Positions 9,715 through 20,717 of a stretch of 64,000 nucleotides of DNA are shown here, one piece after another. The DNA is from a virus. The notes below the pieces were generated by a model, which made no database searches, was not told the origin of the DNA, and saw nothing but the letters and a program-made list of their open reading frames with translations. Numbering within the stretch: position 1 is the stretch's first letter; the number at the start of each line of letters is the position of its first letter. Where the stretch lies: positions 1 to 64,000 of IMG/VR virus record IMGVR_UViG_3300036715_001290. The stretch is one strand, 5' to 3'. The translations under genes and the position numbers were made by a program.

Positions 9715-11597
9715 TGGGATTTGACCTTGATAAAATTAAAGATGGGACATATTTAACTCGCAGTGCAAATTTAGAACCTATTTTCTTAAATGATTCTAAA
9801 CTTGATGCATCCGATATGTTATATGTGCATGCAGGAAACAACCCACCTTTTACATTAACACATATAGATGATATAGCGGAAGTTGTTAATACTGAATTAC
9901 CTAATGATATTGAAGAAGTAAAAAAGGAAGATTATAAAAATTTATATTTAACAGGCGCAAATCTTCAAGTTAACTTAGAAGAAATTAAAGATAATATTGT
10001 ACAATATAAACAATCATTTAATAATGAAATGCATAATGTTGGATTTGCATTAAATAAACCTAATACTTTTTATTACTTAAATGCAGCATTGAAATATATT
10101 TATAATTCATTACCAACACAAAGCGCAGGTATATTACCGGATCCAACGGCTTCAGCCGTAATACCAACTTGGGTTATAACACACTATTCAAATGATGAAA
10201 TAATAAATTTTACAAGATCCAATGAAATTAACATTTCCGATAATATTAAACTTATACAAAAAACAGATGCTATAACATATATAAGAGATTTATTAAATAA
10301 AATATATTCATTACCTAGACCATTTTGCAATGGTGATGATAATATGTTTAATTATATATTTGATTATACTATTGAGAATAGTAATTATATTTTACGTAAT
10401 CTTAATAATAACAACAATCTTTCATTATTTCAATATACTGGAAGTAGTGAAACTGGTTTTAATTTTTTACCTATTTCTAGAAATGCTAGTATTAATTATG
10501 ATTTACCAACATATTTTTATATAAATGTTGTAGGGCAAATACTTAATAACTCAAATGTATTGTTAAGTACAAATGCATTAAATCTAAATATAAATTTCAA
10601 ATCATACAATTTAGATTTATTTACATTAGGATATTATAATATAGGTAATTATTATACTGATGATATGTTAAAAGCATTCAATTATGGTTATGTAAAATAT
10701 TATGGTGGAAATTATGTAAATGTTACATATGATGGTATTGATGATTTTATTTCATCTTTAGATGATGAAAGTGAAGTTGTTGTTTTAGATTATCTAAATC
10801 ATTTATTGTCAATTTTTAAAGCAATGTCTAATAGGTTATTTAAGAATTTAACAAATAAAATATATCTTAACTCTACATTTGAAAGCTATTTCTTTGGTAA
10901 TGATAATTATATAGATATTGTATGGGCACCCGAAGTAAGATATACTCGTGGTATTTATTGGAGCTCAAGCAAAACTGTACGTCCGCTATTGGCACCGGTG
11001 TTAGTATTAAATGATGGTATAATAGAAACTACAAATTATATTAAAATGAACACTAATATAATGAACACTCATTATAATGGTAGTAATTTAAGTAATTATT
11101 TTTATAACATTCCTGGGATTGGAATAGATTCTGCATTATTTAATAGGGATACTAAATTTAATGGGTCATTTGAAACTTGTGATGAAGATACAGGTTATGA
11201 TTGTTTAGCTTTACAGGTAAAACAAGAATCTATGAATAGTGATAGATTACATACAATAATAGAATATATAGGTTCTCATGAAGGTACGTTTATAGTACGT
11301 GCCACAGGTAATGGTTCATTGGATGAAAATGGTTATAGGTCCAATAATGGAACTTGTTATTATAGTAATAAAGGATATGTACCATTTTTTGGAATAAGAC
11401 CTACTGATGAAATAAAGGATTTTGCTTATTATGATTTATTAGAAAACTTTCTAAATAAATATAAAATACGTTCAAAGGATGAAGCATTTTCATGGTTATT
11501 AGATACTCGTAATGAGTCATCAAATTTTTATAATATTAATTTAGGTACTACATATTATATGTCAAGTACTTCAGGAATAATAGCAAATAGCAAATGA
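9714..11597 (+). CDS. Hypothetical virion protein (partial paralog of next gene)
   Basis: 627-aa N/Y-rich ORF; shares LPxPFCNGD with 11594..15502. Confidence 0.65.
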   Translation: MGFDLDKIKDGTYLTRSANLEPIFLNDSKLDASDMLYVHAGNNPPFTLTHIDDIAEVVNTELPNDIEEVKKEDYKNLYLTGANLQVNLEEIKDNIVQYKQSFNNEMHNVGFALNKPNTFYYLNAALKYIYNSLPTQSAGILPDPTASAVIPTWVITHYSNDEIINFTRSNEINISDNIKLIQKTDAITYIRDLLNKIYSLPRPFCNGDDNMFNYIFDYTIENSNYILRNLNNNNNLSLFQYTGSSETGFNFLPISRNASINYDLPTYFYINVVGQILNNSNVLLSTNALNLNINFKSYNLDLFTLGYYNIGNYYTDDMLKAFNYGYVKYYGGNYVNVTYDGIDDFISSLDDESEVVVLDYLNHLLSIFKAMSNRLFKNLTNKIYLNSTFESYFFGNDNYIDIVWAPEVRYTRGIYWSSSKTVRPLLAPVLVLNDGIIETTNYIKMNTNIMNTHYNGSNLSNYFYNIPGIGIDSALFNRDTKFNGSFETCDEDTGYDCLALQVKQESMNSDRLHTIIEYIGSHEGTFIVRATGNGSLDENGYRSNNGTCYYSNKGYVPFFGIRPTDEIKDFAYYDLLENFLNKYKIRSKDEAFSWLLDTRNESSNFYNINLGTTYYMSSTSGIIANSK

Positions 11598-14500
11598 TAA
11601 CAGAAACAACTGAAATAATAGCTGACAAATTCAGTATAGATGATTCTGATTTTAATACGGAATTTGAAGTTGAACATATATTACATGAAAAAGATGTAAA
11701 ATATATTTATGTAACATCAAGTCAATATTTGAATGATAAATATAATTATGATGAAGTGTCAGGTGCCGTTGCTAATTTATTAAATAATCAAAAGGATATT
11801 TATTCAGAAAATAAAACAACAAATTTTGAAATATTGCGTGATACTAGAAGTGATATAATAGACTTTAATATGTCATTACCAAACAATCCATTGGGATTAG
11901 TTGAAACATATAATCTCATTCCATCAAAAACAAATATTAGCCCATTTAATTATACTTCATCATTAATTAATACTATGCGGTATGCAGGTACATTATCAAA
12001 TGAATCAAAACAAATAGCAGAATATATAAATAATAGTTCAAGATTTGAAAGTGCATTTAATCTAAATACATCACAATCAATGTCAGATTTTACTGGTAAT
12101 TTAATTTCAAATATATTAACGTTACCATATCCATTTTGTAATGGTGATGCTGAAGTTGCTGCAAAATTATTTAGACCATTCTTTATACCATATTCTGATA
12201 GTGAATTAAATGATCTAAAGGAAGATGATAGATATTTTTTAATAAAATTTATTAATGAAAGATATCTTAAAGATCCATATATGAAATCAATACCAACAAA
12301 TTTAAAGACAGTATTACATTTCGATACTTATGGTATATTATCATCTTCATCTAAGCGTTCTAATCATAGAGATGGTTTTCCTCCAATTAATTATATTACA
12401 CCAACTACACAATCAAGTAATATTTCATTTGCAAATATGACTAAAGATAGTATGTGGATTACTTGGACTAGAGGTAATGGTCATGACCATTATATTTTGT
12501 TAAATACTATAAATGAATTTACTGACCCTATAAATGGTACGGATCCTATAGCAGATTCTCATTATAAAGGTTCAGGACAGCAATTAATATATGATGAATA
12601 TTTTCCTCAAGATGGTGCTTTTAAAGTAACCGGATTAACTGAAGGTACAGAATATTATTGTAGAATATATGATAGATTAGGAAGTGGCACTGACACTGGA
12701 TATAATCTAGATACAATGACACTAAATCCTAATGGAGTTATATTAAAAAATACATCACTAATTACAACACCACCAACAAAACAAGCATCAAATTTGAATT
12801 TTACAAATTTAACATCTGATAGTGTTACTATAAATTGGTCTCGTGGTGATGGTGAAAAATGTATGGTTATATTTGGTGTCCAAGAACTATATGACCCACA
12901 AGATGGAGCTACTAATTTTAATTTTAGTAATGTATTTAATTACGATACCGCAAATGGATTTGATAATGGTCAATTTGTATACATTGGTACTGGAACGACG
13001 GTAACGGTAACAAATTTAATGCCAAATAAAATATATCAATGTAGAGTTTATGAATTTAATGATAATGGAAATCCCTCAAATGGTAAATATTTAAGAACAT
13101 TAACAAATGATAATAATAAAAATGTTACATTATCACCACCTATTATTGTACCTATTAACGTACCAACTATTCAGGCATCCGATATCATCGCAAATGTTTC
13201 ATCAAATGGTAGAGTACAATTATCATGGACTCGCGGTAATGGTAATGGTTGTGTTGTAATTCTATCAACATTTTTTAACGGTGGTGTATGGTTAAATGGT
13301 AATACTGATGAAGTTGATTCATATCCAATAATAGCAGATTCTTCAATAAGTAGTAATGTTTCTGAAATAGTATACTCAGGTAATGAAAACACTGTTATAT
13401 TATCAAAAGTAATTGATGGTATGAATTATTATTGTTTAGTATTAGAATATAATACAAATGGTACTGAAGTTAAAACATTAAAAACATTAAATAATAATTC
13501 ATCAAATACTAATCATTTTGTAGGTGTTAATAATACAAATCAAAGCTTATATCCAAAGACACAATCATATAATATAATGACAGGTTCATCAGGTTCTGAT
13601 TATGTTGATATTATTTGGGATAGAGGTGATGGTAATAGATGTATATTATTAATAAGTGATATAAACAATCCACAATGCCCGTTAGACGGTAATTATATTG
13701 TACCTAATTCAATATACACATCAGGTACACAGGTTGTTTATAATGATTATCATCGTCTAACAATTGGTGGTGATAATAATAAAGCAAAAGTTACCGTGAC
13801 AGGTTTAAAAGAAAATGTAAGATATTATGTTAAGGCTGTTGAATATTATGGAGCTCCGGATATTGAATGTTTTTATTTAACAAATATTGGATTTTCTAAT
13901 CCAATTAATTTTACATTAGTGTCTAGTGTAAAGGTACCTGAAATTCAAATAAGTAATATTGCATTTAATACAATGAATATTGATAAGATGAATATTACGT
14001 GGAATAAAGGTCATGGTGAAAAGCGATTGATAATAATGAGCAAATCCAATACTATAAATGATCCTAAAGATGGTGAAGATATTATTGGAAATTCAACATT
14101 TGGTAATAATAATCAACAAGTAATTTATAATGGTTTAGGTGAAACCGTAAGTGTTAATGGTTTAATAAATGGCACTACTTATTATGTTAAAGGATATGAA
14201 TTTAATGGTTCAGGAGCAAATACCAAGTATTTATTAGAAAATGCGATTGATAATCCAAAAAGTACTACATTCATATCAGGTGTAAATCCACCAAATGAAC
14301 AAGCAAGCGGTTTAACATTTACTGATATAACAGATCATGCAATGACGGTACATTGGGAACGTGGTAATGGTGAAAAATGTTTAGTTGTTATTAATAAGAA
14401 TAATAAATTTGATACTCCTCCACTTAATGGAACGGATCCTGTTAAATTTAATAATGTTTCATCTAAATATGATAAAAATTTAACACAACAATTTATATAT

Positions 14501-15502
14501 GGTGGAACTGGAACATCCGTTAAAGTAACAGGTTTGGCATCAGGTACTGAATATTACTTTAAAGTTTATGAATATAATGGTAATGACCAATTTACAAAAT
14601 ATTTGGTAAATGATAGTAATGATAATCCTAATTCTGAAAAAACAACAGGAATATTAATATCAACAGCAAATGGATATGATTATACATTAGAGTATACAGG
14701 ATTAGTATCTTTAAGTAATCCATTGATTTTTATAGATAATGATACAACACCTATAACACTTGGTGACTATCTAAGATCATGGTATCCTTATAATCAAATA
14801 TTACAAATGTATGATTCAAATAGTACATATATGCCTATATTTGGTACAAATGGAAGATACAATTATCACACCACTTCATCGGTGCATGTTGAAGATTATG
14901 GACTATTTATAAAGGATTATTATAATACATATTATAGTGAAATAATTAAAAATGATACTAATATTTTATTGGACATTTTCAAGTATATTGCATCGCTTTC
15001 TATAAAATATAGAACATATGATATTACTGCATTAAAGTCATTTTATGAAACATCTAATTATTATTTAATACCACATCAAACTGATGATACTTTATTATTA
15101 GAATATTCTAAAACTGGTGATGTTTTAATACCTAATCAACCAAATACATATACATATATTGGTGAAAATATTTATGTAAATAATGTTACAAATAAAATGA
15201 TATTATGGCATGGTGATATTTATATAAACAAACAATATGTTGAAAGTACTAATGCTAATGTATTATATAATGAATATATTGATGGTTACATACAAGTTGA
15301 TAGAAATCTATTAAATTATAATACATTTATGGACGAGTCAATGAAAAATGATGTACATGATAAAATCAATACATCATTAAATGTACCATATAAATTATAT
15401 AATAAATTTCAAGTTTTTGATTTTTGTATAGATAGTAATAATACAAAATCAATTACATTTGGAATGAAGTATAATTCAACTATTAAATTTTTGGATAAAT
15501 AA
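11594..15502 (+). CDS. Large virion protein with six fibronectin type III-like repeats
   Basis: Six units of P.xQ.S....W.RG.G....V.GL....YY...YE. Confidence 0.8.
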   Translation: MITETTEIIADKFSIDDSDFNTEFEVEHILHEKDVKYIYVTSSQYLNDKYNYDEVSGAVANLLNNQKDIYSENKTTNFEILRDTRSDIIDFNMSLPNNPLGLVETYNLIPSKTNISPFNYTSSLINTMRYAGTLSNESKQIAEYINNSSRFESAFNLNTSQSMSDFTGNLISNILTLPYPFCNGDAEVAAKLFRPFFIPYSDSELNDLKEDDRYFLIKFINERYLKDPYMKSIPTNLKTVLHFDTYGILSSSSKRSNHRDGFPPINYITPTTQSSNISFANMTKDSMWITWTRGNGHDHYILLNTINEFTDPINGTDPIADSHYKGSGQQLIYDEYFPQDGAFKVTGLTEGTEYYCRIYDRLGSGTDTGYNLDTMTLNPNGVILKNTSLITTPPTKQASNLNFTNLTSDSVTINWSRGDGEKCMVIFGVQELYDPQDGATNFNFSNVFNYDTANGFDNGQFVYIGTGTTVTVTNLMPNKIYQCRVYEFNDNGNPSNGKYLRTLTNDNNKNVTLSPPIIVPINVPTIQASDIIANVSSNGRVQLSWTRGNGNGCVVILSTFFNGGVWLNGNTDEVDSYPIIADSSISSNVSEIVYSGNENTVILSKVIDGMNYYCLVLEYNTNGTEVKTLKTLNNNSSNTNHFVGVNNTNQSLYPKTQSYNIMTGSSGSDYVDIIWDRGDGNRCILLISDINNPQCPLDGNYIVPNSIYTSGTQVVYNDYHRLTIGGDNNKAKVTVTGLKENVRYYVKAVEYYGAPDIECFYLTNIGFSNPINFTLVSSVKVPEIQISNIAFNTMNIDKMNITWNKGHGEKRLIIMSKSNTINDPKDGEDIIGNSTFGNNNQQVIYNGLGETVSVNGLINGTTYYVKGYEFNGSGANTKYLLENAIDNPKSTTFISGVNPPNEQASGLTFTDITDHAMTVHWERGNGEKCLVVINKNNKFDTPPLNGTDPVKFNNVSSKYDKNLTQQFIYGGTGTSVKVTGLASGTEYYFKVYEYNGNDQFTKYLVNDSNDNPNSEKTTGILISTANGYDYTLEYTGLVSLSNPLIFIDNDTTPITLGDYLRSWYPYNQILQMYDSNSTYMPIFGTNGRYNYHTTSSVHVEDYGLFIKDYYNTYYSEIIKNDTNILLDIFKYIASLSIKYRTYDITALKSFYETSNYYLIPHQTDDTLLLEYSKTGDVLIPNQPNTYTYIGENIYVNNVTNKMILWHGDIYINKQYVESTNANVLYNEYIDGYIQVDRNLLNYNTFMDESMKNDVHDKINTSLNVPYKLYNKFQVFDFCIDSNNTKSITFGMKYNSTIKFLDK
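12401..14647 (+). repeat. Six tandem FN3-like protein repeats (about 125 aa each)
   Basis: Units begin PTTQSS, PTKQAS, PTIQAS, PKTQSY, PEIQIS, PNEQAS; cores WTRGNG, WSRGDG, WTRGNG, WDRGDG, WNKGHG, WERGNG. Confidence 0.85.
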
Positions 15503-16953
15503 TGGCTAACATGACTGAGACATATTCTATAACAAATAAATTACATTATACTATTGTATTTTTAGATGCAGGTATATATGAAGGTTTTATTGATTATACG
15601 AGTGCACCTTTCAAAGATTTTATAACATTAACTATTCTAAATGATAAATCAGTAGACATTATAGCCGATATTCCATTATTATTTGATAACTTAAATATAT
15701 TTGATGAAGGTCAATGTAATGTACAATTTCAATTATTTGGTACATATGAATATGAATTACCAGTATATGATAAAGATGGAAATGTTACATATGTGCATAC
15801 ATTATTAAATGCACAAAATTTGAAAGTAAAACAAATTTCAAATTCAAAAGTTGAATTGGTTATAAATTCTGATTATGAAATAAATGATATTATAGTAAAT
15901 GCATTAAAAACAGAATTTAATTCATATGTTTATAATAACGGTAGTTTTTATCTAATATTAAATGCAAAGAAAACGAATACATCATCCACAACAGTAGGTA
16001 TAGTTAATAACATATCACTTCTATTAAAATTAGAATCTGAATATGACCAACGTGTAAATACTTCATGTGAAATTTATAAAGCATTAAGTGCAGTAACATC
16101 ATTAGATATAAACTATTATATAAAATATGATCCTCCTGTTATTACTGATACTAGATTAGCATTAACACCACAAACAAGTGTCGGTAGTTCGATTATTGAT
16201 GTCAATAATAATTATAATTATAATCAATTGACATCAGGTTCAAAATATGATATAGAAACATATTTTAATATAAACGACTCAAAATACGTCCATGATGCCG
16301 TTGGTAATATTGACTATTCTAATTTATCAAATTTTTCATTTTTTGGTTCTGCTGAAAGTAGAATTAAAATATTCATGAATAAAATAATATCATTGGAATA
16401 TTTATCATCCATACCAACATCATCGGTTAACTATTCTGCATCTTTGGATGAAATAAGTTCACTAAAATCAAAATTTGATGCATATGAAAGATATTTATAT
16501 TTTGAAATTGATGAACAAGTTAATAATGAATATACTATACAACCATATCCAAAAGATGGTTCAACATTATTACCATTATTATCAACCAATATAATAGTTA
16601 AAAATTGGTTAAGCGGATCATTAAATGTTGCTATAAATTATGATAATGATAATATGAATAGATTGATTTATGGTATACCAACACAAATTTATGATGACTC
16701 TAATAATATATCACTTGTTAAATTAATAGATATGTGTGGCCATTATTATGATCATATGTATAATACGGTAAAATATTTTGATTTATATAACTTTGATAAT
16801 AGATTAAATAGTGGTAATGATCCAAATAATATTAATTTACTTTTATATAATTTTGGATTTAATCCAACTCCAAAAATAGATTCAAATGATACTACATTAT
16901 ATGATAGTATTAAAGAACAACAAATTGAAACGGTATTAAATACCTTAGGATAA
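15502..16953 (+). CDS. Baseplate structural protein (N-terminal part of a gp7/tail-I-like unit)
   Basis: 483 aa; synteny; FFGSAESRI and MCGHYYD motifs. Confidence 0.55.
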   Translation: MANMTETYSITNKLHYTIVFLDAGIYEGFIDYTSAPFKDFITLTILNDKSVDIIADIPLLFDNLNIFDEGQCNVQFQLFGTYEYELPVYDKDGNVTYVHTLLNAQNLKVKQISNSKVELVINSDYEINDIIVNALKTEFNSYVYNNGSFYLILNAKKTNTSSTTVGIVNNISLLLKLESEYDQRVNTSCEIYKALSAVTSLDINYYIKYDPPVITDTRLALTPQTSVGSSIIDVNNNYNYNQLTSGSKYDIETYFNINDSKYVHDAVGNIDYSNLSNFSFFGSAESRIKIFMNKIISLEYLSSIPTSSVNYSASLDEISSLKSKFDAYERYLYFEIDEQVNNEYTIQPYPKDGSTLLPLLSTNIIVKNWLSGSLNVAINYDNDNMNRLIYGIPTQIYDDSNNISLVKLIDMCGHYYDHMYNTVKYFDLYNFDNRLNSGNDPNNINLLLYNFGFNPTPKIDSNDTTLYDSIKEQQIETVLNTLG

Positions 16954-16954
16954 T

Positions 16955-18949
16955 ATGAATTATTTATCACAATCATTTAGAAACTCTGATTTAGAAATTA
17001 AGAATCGTATTCTTAATAATCTTTTATATATGTACAAATCTAAAGGTACTATAAATTCATTACGAATGTTAATGGCTTGTTATGGTGTACCTGAACATAT
17101 GTTAAAGATTAGAGAGTTTGGTAATTCACATGCCGCTATTAAAAATTTTAGTAGAGAAAAAGTAACATATTATAAACATTATTTATACGGTCAAAATACA
17201 TCACAAAATATTGATTTTTATTTATCAGGTATAACGGATGTACATCAGTATACTATGTTATTCAAACCTGAATTAATGGAACATGGTGATATATTTACAT
17301 ATACTAATAGTGACGGTGATTTAATGTATACATTATCATGTCATAAAGAAAATGGTAATTATATATCATTCAAAAATACCATAACTGATGTAGATACATC
17401 AACAACAGTACAAAAGATATCATCACATATAAAATGGTATGAAGGTATTACTATTTTAATTGAAATAAATCAACCTGAAGATGGTAATGTTAATTTTTCG
17501 TATAGATATTTAGACCAACTTACACAAGATGTTGAATATATATCCGATAGTGGTGTAATTGCTAGTTCAGGTGGAAATGGTTTAATGGATGGTGCACATG
17601 TTATTATAAATTTATCACCACATTATGGTTTAGCAGAATTACGGTTATTTGCAGGTATATGTAATTTTGAAACACTAAATAAACATATAATGTTTCAAGA
17701 TTCTATATTATGTGAAGGTTATTTTAATAAAGATACGACTGCATTATTGGATAGATATTCATTAGATAAACCACAAGATTTACATTTAACTTCATCTATA
17801 TTTAATGATTCTACAAACAGTGATTATGCAGGTGAAGTTGCAATTGCAAATAATTTTACATCATCAATGTCATATCCTTATGGTTATCAATTAAAACCAT
17901 ATACCGCATTTATTGATTATCCTAATACATCTATTGCACAATTATCATCGGATAATATTCAAATAGTAAGTACAAATAATGATATAAATACATTAACACA
18001 ATTATCATATGATTCAAGTATTACTGATTTTTCAAATTCAATTACATCACTACCATATTTAGGTATATACCTATCACCAACTGATTTTATAAATGAAAAT
18101 ATAATAAAGAATTTGGCAATATCAAATTATGATGATTTACTTGCAGATCCCGCCGATTATTATTCTGATTCATATTATGCTCTAGATGAAATAAGAAAAC
18201 TATATATAAATAATTTTAATACAATTGATATTAAAGAATTTATTGATTATATTAATAATTTAGATCCTACAATGTATAGTGCATTAACTCAATTTATACC
18301 GTCAAGAGTTATTCCATTATTTGGTTTATTATTTGAACAATCTATGGTTGAACGAACAAAACCTAAACATATTAAACCAACTGCTCAATTATTAGATAAT
18401 TTTGTTGTTTTAGATACTAAACCTAAAAATAATATAGGTTATAATATAAATGATTCGTTTGGTTTAATTAGGACATCTATAAATGTACAAAGTGCATCAT
18501 ATAATGATATATCTAATATGTTACCTATAGGATTAAATATAAATTCATCATTTGATGTTGGAAATGATGTAAAAACAACAATAAAAATAAATGAAATTAA
18601 TAATACACAATATTTATTTATAAATGGTTTTATAAGCAATGTACTATCAGCAAGTATTGATGATACTCAATATTTTTCAACTTCTGCTGATTTTATGAAT
18701 ATTGGGTCAATGTATGTTGATATTGATACAAATGCAATAATATTTAATGATATTAGAAGATATGCAGAAAATCAAACATATACAACATCATATCCAAGTA
18801 AACATATTATAAGTAATAATTTTTACTTAGAAGGTGACAAACGAATGAGATTTACAGGATGCTTAAATGATGCATCAACGTCATATAATGGACAAAGTCC
18901 TATCATTGTAAATGATACATATGATACACAATTACCATTAATAAATTAA
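16955..18949 (+). CDS. Baseplate wedge protein (gp7/P2 tail protein I-like)
   Basis: NNLLYMYKSKGTINSLRMLMACYG carries the KGT motif; AGGA RBS. Confidence 0.65.
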   Translation: MNYLSQSFRNSDLEIKNRILNNLLYMYKSKGTINSLRMLMACYGVPEHMLKIREFGNSHAAIKNFSREKVTYYKHYLYGQNTSQNIDFYLSGITDVHQYTMLFKPELMEHGDIFTYTNSDGDLMYTLSCHKENGNYISFKNTITDVDTSTTVQKISSHIKWYEGITILIEINQPEDGNVNFSYRYLDQLTQDVEYISDSGVIASSGGNGLMDGAHVIINLSPHYGLAELRLFAGICNFETLNKHIMFQDSILCEGYFNKDTTALLDRYSLDKPQDLHLTSSIFNDSTNSDYAGEVAIANNFTSSMSYPYGYQLKPYTAFIDYPNTSIAQLSSDNIQIVSTNNDINTLTQLSYDSSITDFSNSITSLPYLGIYLSPTDFINENIIKNLAISNYDDLLADPADYYSDSYYALDEIRKLYINNFNTIDIKEFIDYINNLDPTMYSALTQFIPSRVIPLFGLLFEQSMVERTKPKHIKPTAQLLDNFVVLDTKPKNNIGYNINDSFGLIRTSINVQSASYNDISNMLPIGLNINSSFDVGNDVKTTIKINEINNTQYLFINGFISNVLSASIDDTQYFSTSADFMNIGSMYVDIDTNAIIFNDIRRYAENQTYTTSYPSKHIISNNFYLEGDKRMRFTGCLNDASTSYNGQSPIIVNDTYDTQLPLIN

Positions 18950-18972
18950 AAACATAATAAGGAAATTACATT

Positions 18973-19593
18973 ATGGGCTATATAGCAAATGATACATTAA
19001 CAATAGATGCTATCCTAACACGAAGAGGTCGTGAGTTGCTTTCACAAAGTAACTTTAAAATAACAAAATTTTCAGTTAGTGATGATGAAGTTGATTATAG
19101 ATTATATAATAATACATCAAATTCAGGTTCATCACATTATGCAGATGCTATAACAAGTATGCCTGTATTACAAGCAATTACCGATGAAACAAAATTAATG
19201 AAATATAAATTAGTTAATGCAAATAAAGGACAATATAAACAAGCTATCGTTTCTATAGGTGCAACAACTATAAGAGTTCCTGCAATTACAACATCTCATC
19301 CTACACCTTGGGCATTGCTTGAAGTTGTACCAAGTACATCAAATGGTAATAATGATACATACACAATGCAAATTTCAGATGATACTTATTTAGGATTATA
19401 TGATAATGAAGGTAATTTGAGTGGTAAATCATCAACAGGACCATCATTCATGTTAAGAGGTAAAACTCTACCAGCAGGTCAATCTTCAGTAACGGTTCAA
19501 GGAACAATAACTGGAAATGATGACGGTGGTGTAATTAATTTTTCAATTTTAGTATATGATAAATCATCACAAGCTGGTGATATTTTAGTTTAA
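18973..19593 (+). CDS. Baseplate/tail-associated structural protein
   Basis: DAILTRRGRELL...ITKFSVSDDEVDY, like tail-collar/fibre-attachment N-termini. Confidence 0.6.
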   Translation: MGYIANDTLTIDAILTRRGRELLSQSNFKITKFSVSDDEVDYRLYNNTSNSGSSHYADAITSMPVLQAITDETKLMKYKLVNANKGQYKQAIVSIGATTIRVPAITTSHPTPWALLEVVPSTSNGNNDTYTMQISDDTYLGLYDNEGNLSGKSSTGPSFMLRGKTLPAGQSSVTVQGTITGNDDGGVINFSILVYDKSSQAGDILV

Positions 19594-19610
19594 CACGGAG
19601 AAATATATAA

Positions 19611-20717
19611 ATGACAAATCCTAATATAAATAGTAATGGTACTTTACCATCACCTTTACCAGTAGTAAGATCAACAAACTTTAAAACATTGGATCCTGAT
19701 ACTGATGTTATTTACGGTACACCAACTAAAACATCATATGCTTTATGGGCAGCCGGTTCATTAGGTTTAATAAATACATTTACCGTAATTACAGGATCAT
19801 CTGAACATTATAGAAATATAACAATAACAGGTTCAACAAATTCATATGAATATTCAATTGCATTTGGACATGTTAATGGTAGTGGTTCAAATAATGCAGA
19901 AACGGCAAGTGGAATTTATTTCACAAAAACGGTTTATGACCAATTTAGAAATTTATTGCTAAGTTCACCAACATCATTATTTAATGATGGTGATAGTCCA
20001 ATGACATCAGTTTTATTCATTTCAATAAATAGAAATAATATTAAACAACGCCTTGACCCAGGTAATTGGGAATTACATTTATCTGGACTTATAACAGGTT
20101 CAGGTGCAGCTGGTAGTAAAACTATTAGTTTGATTGATAACAGTGGTGATTATACAAATACAAATAATGCATATGCATCACAATATCAAATAGTATCAGG
20201 TTCGAACGGTGTTGCATTTAATTCAGGTGGTTATGTTTATGGTTTAGTTTATCCTGATTATGGAATTATAGCATTAAATGCTAGCAAATTATTTTATTCT
20301 GCATCTGCAGATTGGCAAGCAGAAACAATTGCATCAAGCGGTAGTTCAAATACAAGTTGGTTGAACTTAGGAATTGCTGGACCTACTAGTGTTATTAAAG
20401 CATATAGTATGGATATGTTTTGTACTGCATCTTTAAGTGGTTCTTACTTTTCAGGTAGAAGTTTAGATACTGTTAACTCTCAATATTATTTCATTCGTAT
20501 AATGAATAAAGATTTTAACTATAGTGTTAATCCTTCATTCTTCACTGCATCTGGTGATTTATTATACAATGATTTTAATAGTGATCCTCATGTGTTTATG
20601 ACAAGTGTAGGATTGTATGATGATAATAATGAATTGTTAGCAATTGCAAAATTATCAAAACCAATCGAAAAAACATTCACAAAAGAAGCTACATTACAAA
20701 TTAGACTGGATTATTAA
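19611..20717 (+). CDS. Baseplate/tail-collar structural protein
   Basis: C-terminal SVGLYDDNNELLAIAKLSKPIEK (tail-collar-fibre-like). Confidence 0.65.
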   Translation: MTNPNINSNGTLPSPLPVVRSTNFKTLDPDTDVIYGTPTKTSYALWAAGSLGLINTFTVITGSSEHYRNITITGSTNSYEYSIAFGHVNGSGSNNAETASGIYFTKTVYDQFRNLLLSSPTSLFNDGDSPMTSVLFISINRNNIKQRLDPGNWELHLSGLITGSGAAGSKTISLIDNSGDYTNTNNAYASQYQIVSGSNGVAFNSGGYVYGLVYPDYGIIALNASKLFYSASADWQAETIASSGSSNTSWLNLGIAGPTSVIKAYSMDMFCTASLSGSYFSGRSLDTVNSQYYFIRIMNKDFNYSVNPSFFTASGDLLYNDFNSDPHVFMTSVGLYDDNNELLAIAKLSKPIEKTFTKEATLQIRLDY

